Below are positions 1 to 8,432 of a stretch of 16,925 bases of DNA, in pieces (position 1 is the first letter of the stretch; each line of letters opens with the position of its first letter). The position numbers were made by a program, and so were the translations under genes. Under the pieces are notes generated by a model. It was not told the origin of the DNA. It did not search any database and worked only from the letters and a program-made list of their open reading frames with translations. The stretch is from a virus (Duplodnaviria; Heunggongvirae; Uroviricota; Caudoviricetes), in IMG/VR virus record IMGVR_UViG_2728369187_000001. One strand, written 5' to 3'.

Positions 1-546
1 GTTGCCCCACAATTGAGCAGTAACACCAGCATAAGCGGTTCCCTGTGTGTTTAATGTCATGGTTGACCCATGATTGGCATATTTGATCTGTAATGTGTCG
101 GTGTAATTAAATTTAATAAGCGCGTTACTTCCACGCTTGCTGTATGACATAAGGCAGTTACCCATTTTGAGGTATCCGCTGTCACCGGGAAAAATCATCG
201 TACCGCCATAAAGGTTGGTAAAGTCCCAGCAAATGTTTGTCCCGTTATCGTTCAGGTTAAGGCGCGCCATTGCGTTACCTGGACTGTCTATCCATTTTTT
301 GAGGTATAGTTCGCAATACGCATCCTCAACACCTGCCGTCCTGTGAGTTGAGCGGAGTTTTCTCCCAAATATAGCTCCGCTAGTTGGCAATACCTGCTGA
401 TACCATGAAGCAGACCAGTCACCAACGATTTCATCTTTGCTGTCTACATATAATTTTGTTGCGTAGCTTCCTTGATCGTTTTTTAATTTGCTAACGTCGG
501 ATTTTAGCGTTTTGATGTCATCAGGAATTACTGTCGATGTAGCCAT
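1..546 (-). CDS. Hypothetical protein, N-terminal 182 codons only (gene continues beyond window start); function unknown, possibly tail-fibre-associated or a moron
   Basis: ATG at 546-544 preceded by a GAGGAAG Shine-Dalgarno ~5 nt upstream; hand translation of the minus strand stays open for all 182 codons to position 1 (MATSTVIPDDIKTLKSDVSKLKNDQGSYATKLYVDSKDEIVGDWSASWYQQ...TAQLWGN). Absent from the supplied ORF track because no stop lies in the window. Starts 9 nt after the stop of the upstream ORF. Confidence 0.55.
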   Translation of the reverse strand, partial: MATSTVIPDDIKTLKSDVSKLKNDQGSYATKLYVDSKDEIVGDWSASWYQQVLPTSGAIFGRKLRSTHRTAGVEDAYCELYLKKWIDSPGNAMARLNLNDNGTNICWDFTNLYGGTMIFPGDSGYLKMGNCLMSYSKRGSNALIKFNYTDTLQIKYANHGSTMTLNTQGTAYAGVTAQLWGN

Positions 547-555
547 TTTTCTTCC

Positions 556-837
556 TCACATCCAGCCACGAAGTTGATGCTCAACAGCAACCACGTATTC
601 ATCGAATAATGATGATATTTGCGAATCATTAATGATGCGCACGTTTACAAAATATCCGTCTTCCTTAACACATACCGGTTCGCCATCTTCAGTCAGTTCT
701 CCGGTTTCTTTGTACACGTTACCTATCACGTCAATAAGAATATCATCCTGCATCGACTCGTCATCATAATAGCCAATACTCTCCATAAAGGCCGAAAAGT
801 CGGCCCTGTCGGCAAATTTGAGTGTTAAATCTTTCAT
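556..837 (-). CDS. Small highly acidic protein (93 aa), translationally coupled to the tail fibre gene; candidate tail-fibre chaperone, function unknown
   Basis: ORF track 556..837. Its ATG (837-835) overlaps the TAA stop of the upstream fibre gene (TAATG). About 21 Asp/Glu against ~7 Lys/Arg, no signal peptide or hydrophobic segment. I recognise no family; it does not resemble lambda Tfa. Confidence 0.6.
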   Translation of the reverse strand: MKDLTLKFADRADFSAFMESIGYYDDESMQDDILIDVIGNVYKETGELTEDGEPVCVKEDGYFVNVRIINDSQISSLFDEYVVAVEHQLRGWM

Positions 838-3680
838 TAGATTGACTCCCCCACCTGAGCATCAGTCAATGCCTTGTGCCATATTCTGAAATTCCTGACA
901 TGACCAAATAAATGACGTAACCCGGCTGTAGTCTGGCCTCCAATACGGATAATTGCGGTGTTCTGAATACAGGACCATGTGGTTTTTGTTTCGCTGGATA
1001 TATGCCCGTTACTTACTGAGCACGTAGACTGCTCTGACTTTACACGCATCCCCATAACCATTTTTTCAAGCGATGCGTTTTCGTTTACCCGTCTGTTAGC
1101 TCCTCCAATATCGCAATAAGGAAATCCGTCGTAATCTGTTGAACGACCGAAACCAAGAATAATAGCCGCTCCGGTTTGATGACCGCCGGTATCAAAAACA
1201 CGTGGCGCTGCATTTGGCGTTTTATACCAGTTCTTATGTACCTCACAAAGAACCGTAAAAGGAAGATTATAAAGATTATTCTTAATTGGAACTGTAACTA
1301 TATCGCTTGCGCGGGTCGCCGCCGTCGCTCCTGATATAATAAAAGATGATACACAAGGCCCATCTTCTACTTGTGGGGTGGCCAGATAAATATAGTCACC
1401 AGATACGGTTGCCCCGCTCTGCTTAGGAGAATACTGTATCTGAGAGCCTATTTTTAACTCCCCATCAATTGCCTGAATTGTTGCCTCTGCAAAAATCCAT
1501 CCGGTAGCTTCGTCCTTTCTGACTCTCGCTGTAATCCTTGAGGCAGCACCGCCTGTCATATTAATTTCAAGCGTTTGTGTATCAATATACGCATCACCAA
1601 GAAAAGTTGTTGCGCTACCGTCATATTTATCAAACCGGATACGCAACCTTACCTGCAGTTCTGTTTTAAAACGACATGAGGTTGTCACGTGTTTATTATC
1701 GCCTGAGACATCAACTGACTTTGTTGCAGCAATTGATGCCATATTAATGGCTGAGGTTTGCCCAATCAGAGAATCGTTGCAGACAAACTTTCCATAGGTA
1801 AAACCAAAATTATCCGTCCCTGTTTCGGGCACATCCATATTTGACGATCGCCCCCAACTGGCAGGGCTTTCCGAATTGAGCATGTAGTTTGTTCTTTGCC
1901 CCTCAATAAGCAGGCCATCACGTTCAAATCGTGGCTCGTCAATGGCAGCCTCTGTCAGCACACCAGATTTGTTAATATAGGTTGCTTTCGATGCACGTTT
2001 AAACTTAACAATCTTGTCGCCAGGCATCGTTATTTCATCGTCACCAATAACAATTTTTTTATATGATGGCGAAAAGCCCGTAATCATATCCAGCGAATCG
2101 TTAAATGGTATCCACACATCAGGCAGCGGCTGTAAGACATATTTATACGGCTCCGCAGCCTGGCTTGCGTACTCTCTGGCTGCATCTTCGCTTGCTTTAG
2201 CTGCCGTCTGGCTTGCTGCCGATGCTTTCGCTGAGTTCGCAGCCGCTGTTTCGCTCACCTTTGCGTTGGTTTCACTGGTTTTTGCTGCTTTTTGACTGTT
2301 AGCTGATGCAGTAGCAGAAGCAGCCGCCGCGCTTGCAGAACTGGCTGCGGCACTCTCGCTTTGGGCCGCTGCATCCTGACTGCTTTTCGCCGCAGTTTCA
2401 CTGGCTTTGGCATTCGTTTCGCTGGTCTTCGCTGCCGTCTGGCTGGACTTTGCGTTAGTTTCACTCGTCTTCGCAGCTTTCTGGCTGTTAGCCGCAGCAG
2501 TTGCTGATCCAGCTGCTGAAGTCGCAGAACCGGCTGCCGCGCTCTCGCTTTGGGCTGCTGCAACCTGGCTGTTTTTTGCTGCAGTTTCACTGGCTTTAGC
2601 ATTCGTTTCGCTGGTCTTCGCTGCCGTCTGGCTGGACTTTGCGTTGGTTTCGCTCGTCTTTGCGGCTGTCTCGCTATTTTTCGCGTTGGTTTCTGATTTT
2701 TTAGCTGCTGTTGCGGAGTTTGCCGATGCAGTCTGCGAGGCCGCTGCCGCCTGTGCGCTGTTAGCTGCATTCGTTTCTGAGGTTTTCGCCGCGTTCTTCG
2801 ATGATGCCGCTGCAGTTTCGNNNNNNNNNNACCAGCTGCTGAAGTCGCAGAACCGGCTGCCGCGCTCTCGCTTTCAGCTGCTGCAGCCTGGCTGTTTTTT
2901 GCCGCAGTTTCACTGGCTTTAGCATTCGTTTCGCTGGTTTTCGCTGCCGTCTGGCTGGACTTTGCGTTGGTTTCGCTCGTCTTTGCGGCTGTCTCACTGT
3001 TTTTCGCGTTGGTTTCTGATTTTTTGGCTGCTGTCGCGGAGTTTGCCGATGCAGTCTTTGAGGTCGCTGCCGCCTGTGCACTATTAGCTGCATTCGTTTC
3101 TGAGGTTTTCGCCGCGTTCTTCGATGATGCCGCTGCAGTTTCGGATTTCTTTGCCGCCGCTGCGCTCTGAGAGGCGGCTTCGGCGTTGCGTGCCACTTCT
3201 TCCACCATTGCCTCAAAACGACGCAATGCCTCCGGCATGACATCATCTTCCGTCATGGCACCGAGAAAATCATTCAGCGTACCTGGTCTGGAACCTTCAT
3301 AGACGGTAATGGTTCCGGCATGTGAAGGCGGAAAACCTTCAACAAGCAGGATAACGCTGTACTGGCCATACTCAACATCCATGCTGTAACGCCCGGCTTC
3401 ATCCGGATTTTCAGAGGCCACCGTGTTCACNNNNNNNNNNGCCTTCATAGACGGTAATGGTCCCGGCATGTGAAGGCGGAAAACCTTCAACCAGCAGGAT
3501 GACGCTGTACTGGCCATGCTCAACATCCATGCTGTAACGCCCGGCTTCATCCGGATTTTCAGAGGCCACCGTGTTCACCAGTACCGTGGTGCTGTTACGC
3601 TTTGCCTTCAGTTGAATAGTGCAGTTCTGTATTGGTTTTCCCGCACCATCTTTCAGCACACCTGAAATCTGTACTGCCAT
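837..3680 (-). CDS. stf: Side tail fibre protein (Stf-like): lambda-Stf-type N-terminus, long Ala/Ser/Thr/Lys/Glu repeat shaft, lectin-like (LamG/ConA-type) C-terminal domain; reading frame broken by two N10 gaps
   Basis: N-terminus MAVQISGVLKDGAGKPIQNCTIQLKAKRNSTTVLVNTVASENPDEAGRYSMDVE.GQYSVILLVEGFPPSHAGTITVYEG matches my recollection of the lambda Stf N-terminus. ATG at 3680-3678 with GGAG 6 nt upstream (the track start at 3686 is a GTG). Track ORFs 3411..3686, 2255..3550 and 837..2258 are pieces of one gene: hand translation shows the 837..2258 frame is open upstream of the GTG at 2258 (...ANSQKAAKTSETNAKVSETAAANSAK...), so that GTG is an internal Val. Frame changes occur only at the N-runs. 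C-terminus ends ...GLRHLFGHVRNFRIWHKALTDAQVGESI. Confidence 0.8.
2821..2830. other. Assembly gap (10 N) inside stf repeat region
   Basis: Run of n; flanked on both sides by ~310-nt near-identical copies (2509..2820 and 2832..3143). Confidence 0.95.
3431..3440. other. Assembly gap (10 N) inside stf 5' region
   Basis: Run of n; flanked by ~150-nt near-identical copies encoding VNTVASENPDEAGRYSMDVE[H/Y]GQYSVILLVEGFPPSHAGTITVYEG. Confidence 0.95.
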
Positions 3681-3691
3681 ACTCACTCCAC

Positions 3692-3719
3692 AAATAAAAA
3701 AGGCGCCATTTCTGGCGCC
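3692..3719 (-). terminator. Intrinsic (rho-independent) terminator between J and stf, comparable in position to a post-J terminator
   Basis: Minus-strand RNA: GGCGCC-AGAAAU-GGCGCC followed by UUUUUUAUUU (plus strand aaataaaaaaggcgccatttctggcgcc). 6-bp GC stem, 6-nt loop, 7-U tract, sited 20-50 nt after the J stop (3741) and just before the stf RBS. Confidence 0.6.
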
Positions 3720-3740
3720 CGTATTGGGGTTATAAATATT

Positions 3741-6700
3741 TCAACGGATACTGATACCGGAAGCAGCTTTTTTGGTCACAATCACCGTACAGTCTGTGAT
3801 GTTACCTGCGCCCTGATTGCCTTTCTGGAAAATCTTAAACTCCAGAGTGACGTTACCACCACCACTCGGCATATCAATAACCGCACTGTAACTACCGGGA
3901 ATGGCTCCTTTAGTTTCTCTGGATGCGATTAATACGCCATTTTTGCGAACTTCAAAACCATAACCCGTGTATCGCGTACCTCCCGGGTTATTACCGCTCC
4001 CCGGATCGTCATACGCCACACCGTTAAAAATAATGGGCGGAATAATGATTTGGCGGTCAAAGTTATGATCATCGTAAATGGTGACTGTAACCGTCCCGTT
4101 TGGTGTTTCCGTGTTACCCCACGTACCAGCCTTTTTCGGGAATGATTTGGATACAGTTTTAACGAAGTCACCTCTGACCTGGTTCGCCTCCAGCATGCCC
4201 TTAATCGTACAGTTTTCATTTACCGTGACATTATTGAGCGTCCCGGAGTTCGCATTCACGTTACCGCTGATATCGGCATTTCTCGCCGTCAGCCGCCCGT
4301 CCGGTGTCAGGGAAAATGCCGGAGGATTACCGCCGCTGGTAATGGTGGGAGCCGTCAGATACTTCAGGAACACTTCGTTCATGAATATCTGGTTGCCCTG
4401 CGCCACAAACATCGGCGTTTCATTCCCGTTTGCCGGGTCAATAAACGCGATACGGTTAGCGGCAACCAGGAACTGGCTCAGTTTGCCTTCCTCCGTATCC
4501 TCCATGCTGAGGCCAAGCCCCGCGACATAATGTTTGCCGTCTTTGGTCTGCTCAATTTTGACGCCCCACATGGCATTCCATTTATCGTTGGCGTCCTTCC
4601 ACTCTTTCGAAAACTCCTCCAGTCTGCTGGCGTTATCCTCCGTCAGCTCGACTTTTTCCAGCAGCTCCTTGCCGAGATGGGATTCGGTTATCTTGCCTTT
4701 GAAAAAATCCAGGTAACCTTCCGCATCATCGCTCGCCCGACCGACGGCCTCCACGAATGCCGATTTGCCAACGGTGTTCACACTGCGGATATAAAAGTAA
4801 TAATCATGGCCCGGTTTGATATTGATACTGGCGGCTATCCAGTACAGCGCCGTACCAAGATAGCGGGCTGTGGTTTCAACCTGCCTGATATCGGTAATCC
4901 GCTTTTCCGAGAACCAGAACTCAAACTGTACCGTCGGATCATAAATCGCAAGATGCGGCGTGGCGGTTATCTGAAAATAGCCCGGCGTCAGCTCAATCCT
5001 CGACGGTGCTGCCGGTGCGGCAATCCGGAACGATACCGATGCCGGATCGCCCTGCTGTCCCCACGCATTTACCGCCCGGACCGTCAGCGTGTAACGCCCC
5101 AGCGCCAGTTGCCTGAAGCGGTATGTGGTTTCCGTCGTCCGGGCCGTGCTGACCAGCCGCTCACTGCCGTCGTCCGCTGCCACGGTCAGGCGAAGCATAA
5201 AGCTCACGCCCTTCACCACCTTCGGCGTGTCCCAGCGTGCCAGCACCTGATATTCCCCGCTGTCTGCGGTGACTTCGGCAGTCAGGTGCTGCACCGCTGG
5301 CGGCGTGACACCATTCACCGTGCCGCTCTGGTCGCCGTCAAAGTGCGCCCCGTTATCCACGATGGCCTCTTTCTCCGGCACATGCTGCACGGCGGTGATG
5401 GCATACGTGCCGTCATCGTTCTCACGGATACTCACGCAGCGGAACAGGCGCTGGCGCAGCGTCGGCAGCTTCAGCCCCCACACGCTGTATTCAGCAACAC
5501 CGTCAGGAACACGGCTCACTTTTACCTTCACGCCATCGGTGACAGACTGAACCTCCACGCTGACCGGATTGCCATTTCCGTCAACCAGGCTTATCAGCGT
5601 GGTGCCGGAGGATGGCAGCATGATTTCACGGTCGAGCGTCAGTGTCCGGGTCTGGCTGTTCACCGCCAGCACGCGACCACCGGTGCTGATACCGGCATAG
5701 TCANNNNNNNNNNNNNNNNNNNNNNNNNNNNNNNNNNNNNNNNNNNNNNNNNNNNNNNNNNNNNNNNNNNNNNNNNNNNNNNNNNNNNNNNNNNNNNNNN
5801 NNNNNNNNNNNNNNNNNNNNNNNNNNNNNNNNNNNNNNNNNNNNNNNNNNNNNNNNGTTACGACAGTAACGGGCAATGGCCTGCGTGTCCTCCACAAGCT
5901 CTGTCGCCGTCTCCCAGCCGTTATCCGGGTCAATCCAGTTCACCTCAACGGCATTATGGCGGTCCTTCAGGGCGCTGAAGCTGTAGCGGAACGGCGCGCC
6001 ATCATCCGGCATCACCACATTACTGCGGTTATAGGTCCACACCTTATCCGACGGTCGGTCCTGCACGAACGTCAGCGTCTGCCCGTTCCATACCGGCATA
6101 CAGCGCATCGCCGAGCAGAAATCACTGAGAACATCCCACGCCTTACGCTGTGTGGTCAGGTAGGCATTACAGGAAATGCGCGGCTCCGTGCCACCAAAAC
6201 CGTCCGGCACCGACTGGTCGCAATTCTGGCCGATGACATACAGCGCCCATTTGTCCACATCCGCCGCACCAAGACGTTTACCCATGCCGTAGCGCGGGTG
6301 GGTCAGCATATCCCACAGACACCAGGCCATGTTGTTGCTGTATGCTGGCTTAAACGTTCCGTCCCAGATACCGCTGTATTGCCGCGTCTGCGGGTTATAG
6401 TTCGACGGCACCTGCAGAATGCGCCCGCGAAGATGATAATTACGGCTCACCTGCTGGCTGCCGAACTGTTCCGAGTCCACCTGCACGCCGACCAGTGCCG
6501 TGTTCGGGTAGCACTGTTTCACATCGATGATTTCGGTGTATGACGACCAGAGCGTTTTGTTCTGCAGCTGGTCTGTGGTGCTGTCCGGTGTCATCCTGCG
6601 CATCCGGATATTAAACGGGCGCGGCGGCAGGTTACCCACCACCACCGATGCCAGATACTGTGAGGTGGTTTTGCCTTTAATGGTGATGTCTTTTTCCGTC

Positions 6701-7147
6701 ACCCAGCCACCGTTACGCTGTATCTGAACCAGCAGGCGGACTTCCGACGGATTCCGGTCCCCCTTTGAGGTGGTTTCCACCAGTGCCTGCACACCGAAGG
6801 TAAAGCGCAGACGGTCGATGTTTGCAGACGTGATGGTCCGGGTGATCGGCGTGTCGTATTTCACTTCCGTACCCAGCACCGTCTCGGAGCCGGAGGATTC
6901 AAATCCCTCCGGCGGTGTCTGCTCCTGCTCACCTGCCCGGAAAACCACCGTGACACCGGAGATATTGGTATTCCCCTCACTGTCCAGCACTGGCGTACTG
7001 TTCAGCAGCACACTTTTTAATCCGTCCACCGGACCTTCAATCGGCCCTTCACTGATGGCGTCTATCACGCTCAGCATCTGCGTGGACTTCAGGTTGTCCT
7101 TCGCTTCGCGCGGGGTATGCCCCTTACTGCTGCCTTTNNNNNNNNNN
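3741..7147 (-). CDS. J: Host specificity / central tail fibre protein J (tail tip); start codon lies in an N-run, internal 153-N gap, divergent C-terminal receptor-binding region
   Basis: Track ORFs 5701..7209 (frame valid after the 7138-7147 gap: [41 protein letters not shown]...) and 3741..5933 (...[27 protein letters not shown]...) match lambda gpJ over ~1000 aa by recollection. The two pieces are in different frames because the N-run length is arbitrary. Stop TGA at 3743-3741. Confidence 0.9.
5704..5856. other. Assembly gap (153 N) inside J
   Basis: Run of n. From the lambda J alignment it replaces roughly 55 codons between ...ARYCRN and DYAGIS... Confidence 0.95.
7138..7147. other. Assembly gap (10 N) covering the J start codon
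   Basis: Run of n immediately 5' of codons KGSSKGHT; a GGAG lies ~10 nt upstream of the expected ATG. Confidence 0.95.
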
Positions 7148-7167
7148 CTCACACTCCAGAAACGACA

Positions 7168-7187
7168 AAACCGCCCTGAGGCGGTTT
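7168..7187 (-). promoter_or_regulatory. Intercistronic hairpin between I and J (8-bp stem, 4-nt loop), possible attenuator or mRNA structure
   Basis: Plus strand aaaccgcc-ctga-ggcggttt is a perfect inverted repeat. On minus-strand RNA it is followed by UGUCGUUUCUGGAG (interrupted U-rich stretch, then the J Shine-Dalgarno). Confidence 0.35.
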
Positions 7188-7205
7188 CACATAAAACGTT
7201 TTTCA

Positions 7206-7853
7206 TCAACGACCAATCACCACAACCTGACCACCGTCCCCCTCGTCTGCCGTGCTGATCTCCTGAGAAGCCACCCGCGACCCCACGCGCATTTCACCGT
7301 ACAGAACAGGCAGAACATTGCCCTGGGCAACCATGTTATCCAGTGATGAGAAATAGGTGTTCTGCTTACCGTTATCCGTGCTGGTCGCTGTGGGCGTCCG
7401 GGCTTTCGGTGCCAGCATCTGGGCCACACCACCCAGGATCATACTGGCCCCTGCCGCATACATGCCCGATACAGCCGCGGCACCCAGCCAGCCCACAGGG
7501 TTCCACCATGCCACCGCAATCAGCGCCGCCCCCAGCACCACCTGAAACACACCGCCACTTTTAGCTCCCGCCAGACGCGGCACGATGTGGATCACGGCAC
7601 CATTTGCCAGCGGCTCATTAAGACGGGCAGATAATTCGGTTTCACCTGCATCACGCCCGGCAATGCGCACCTGATACCAGCCGTCATTCAGTTTCTGACG
7701 AAACGCCGGGAGCTGTGTGGACAACGCCCGGATGGCTTCAGCCCCCGTTTTTACACGAAGGTCGATGCGGCGGCCAAATCGTTGTAAATCCCCGTAAAGG
7801 CAGATGCGTGCCATGCCCGGTGACGCCAGAGGGAGTGTGTGCGTCGCTGCCAT
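7206..7853 (-). CDS. I: Tail tip assembly protein I
   Basis: Track ORF 7206..7853, 215 aa: MAATHTLPLASPGMARICLYGDLQRFGRRIDLRVKTGAEAIRAL...TYFSSLDNMVAQGNVLPVLYGEMRVGSRVASQEISTADEGDGGQVVVIGR, essentially lambda gpI by recollection. Overlaps the 3' end of K by ~100 nt as in lambda. Confidence 0.9.
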   Translation of the reverse strand: MAATHTLPLASPGMARICLYGDLQRFGRRIDLRVKTGAEAIRALSTQLPAFRQKLNDGWYQVRIAGRDAGETELSARLNEPLANGAVIHIVPRLAGAKSGGVFQVVLGAALIAVAWWNPVGWLGAAAVSGMYAAGASMILGGVAQMLAPKARTPTATSTDNGKQNTYFSSLDNMVAQGNVLPVLYGEMRVGSRVASQEISTADEGDGGQVVVIGR

Positions 7854-8427
7854 TTGTCGGTATACCTCTCTCGTTTGCTCAGTTGTTCAGGAATATGGTG
7901 CAACAGCTCACCGTCGCCGCAGTAAATGGCGGCATGATTCGGCACCGATGAACCAAAACAGCACAGCAGCACATCGCCCGGTTGTGCTGATGACAACGGC
8001 ACCTGATACAACCCTGTGGCCTCCAGATTATCCAGATAGAGATTCTGACCGTGACGCCACCAGTCATCCTCGCGATGAAAATCCGGCATCTCAATCCCCG
8101 CCAGATGGTAAGCATCCCGGAACAGCGTGTAACAGTCCGTCACCCCGTGCTCAAAGCGCCGCCCGGAAAGATGTGGCACACAGCGGAACTTGTGAATCGC
8201 CCCCCGGCAGACCAGCCACCACGGCAAATCACTCTGCNNNNNNNNNNNNNNNNCTCTGCCCGCAGCCAGTCCTCCGGCGACATCCGGAAATACTCCTCCG
8301 GCTCACCGGAGATATTCACGCAGGGAAAATATCTTTCCCCCTCCGGTGTTCTCACCACGAAGCCGCACGACTCCGCTGGCGCACATCGCCGGGCGTGCGC
8401 CAGAATCGCTGATTCTGTCTGTGTCAT
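7751..8427 (-). CDS. K: Tail tip assembly protein K (N-terminal MPN/JAMM-type domain plus C-terminal NlpC/P60-type domain), interrupted by a 16-N gap
   Basis: Track ORFs 8140..8436 (MNPMTQTESAILAHARRCAPAESCGFVV...SPEDWLRAE) and 7751..8227 (PWWLVCRGAIHKFRCVPHLSGRRFEHGVTDCYTLFRDAYH...) match lambda gpK by recollection. Start taken at the MTQTESA Met (8427); an upstream ATG at 8436 is also possible. Confidence 0.85.
8238..8253. other. Assembly gap (16 N) inside K
   Basis: Run of n flanked by the same hexamer ctctgc on both sides. By comparison with lambda K it replaces ~28 codons, including the region expected to carry the HSHPGG metal-binding motif. Confidence 0.95.
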
Positions 8428-8432
8428 GGGAT

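Noticed and set aside
2014-3170. Plus-strand ORFs 2014..2295, 2407..2922 and 2967..3170 encoding Ala/Phe/Val/Leu-rich hydrophobic repeat proteins
   Set aside because: They are antisense to the Ala/Ser/Thr/Lys codon repeats of the stf shaft; the repetitive GCN-rich sense strand yields stop-free hydrophobic antisense frames. No RBS or independent support.
2255-3200. Possible CRISPR array or VNTR suggested by the repeated ~30-100-nt units
   Set aside because: The repeats are in-frame coding repeats of the fibre shaft (KTSETNAK-type units) with no spacer/repeat architecture and no cas genes. They are degenerate tandem coding repeats.
2258-3246. Arg/Gln/Pro-rich translations (C-terminal part of track ORF 2255..3550, and ORF 2761..3246) resembling a highly basic protein
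   Set aside because: Wrong-frame readings of the stf repeat region, caused by the arbitrary-length N10 gap at 2821-2830. The correct frame (that of ORF 837..2258) gives the A/S/T/K repeat continuation.
837-3680. Diversity-generating retroelement targeting the tail fibre C-terminus
   Set aside because: No reverse transcriptase ORF and no template-repeat/variable-repeat pair with adenine-specific differences is visible in the window. The duplicated segments flank N-gaps and differ by ordinary substitutions.
3680-3741. Accessory genes (lom- or cor-like outer membrane or exclusion genes) between J and stf
   Set aside because: The J-stf spacer is only ~60 nt and is occupied by the terminator hairpin and the stf RBS, so there is no room for a gene.
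4530-5978. 482-aa plus-strand ORF antisense to J, and other plus-strand ORFs across J, K, L and H (for example 5956..6543, 7804..8412, 8346..9137)
   Set aside because: Arg-rich, low-complexity composition typical of antisense frames of GC-rich coding sequence, and they run through N-runs. The opposite strand encodes well-supported J/K/L/H proteins.
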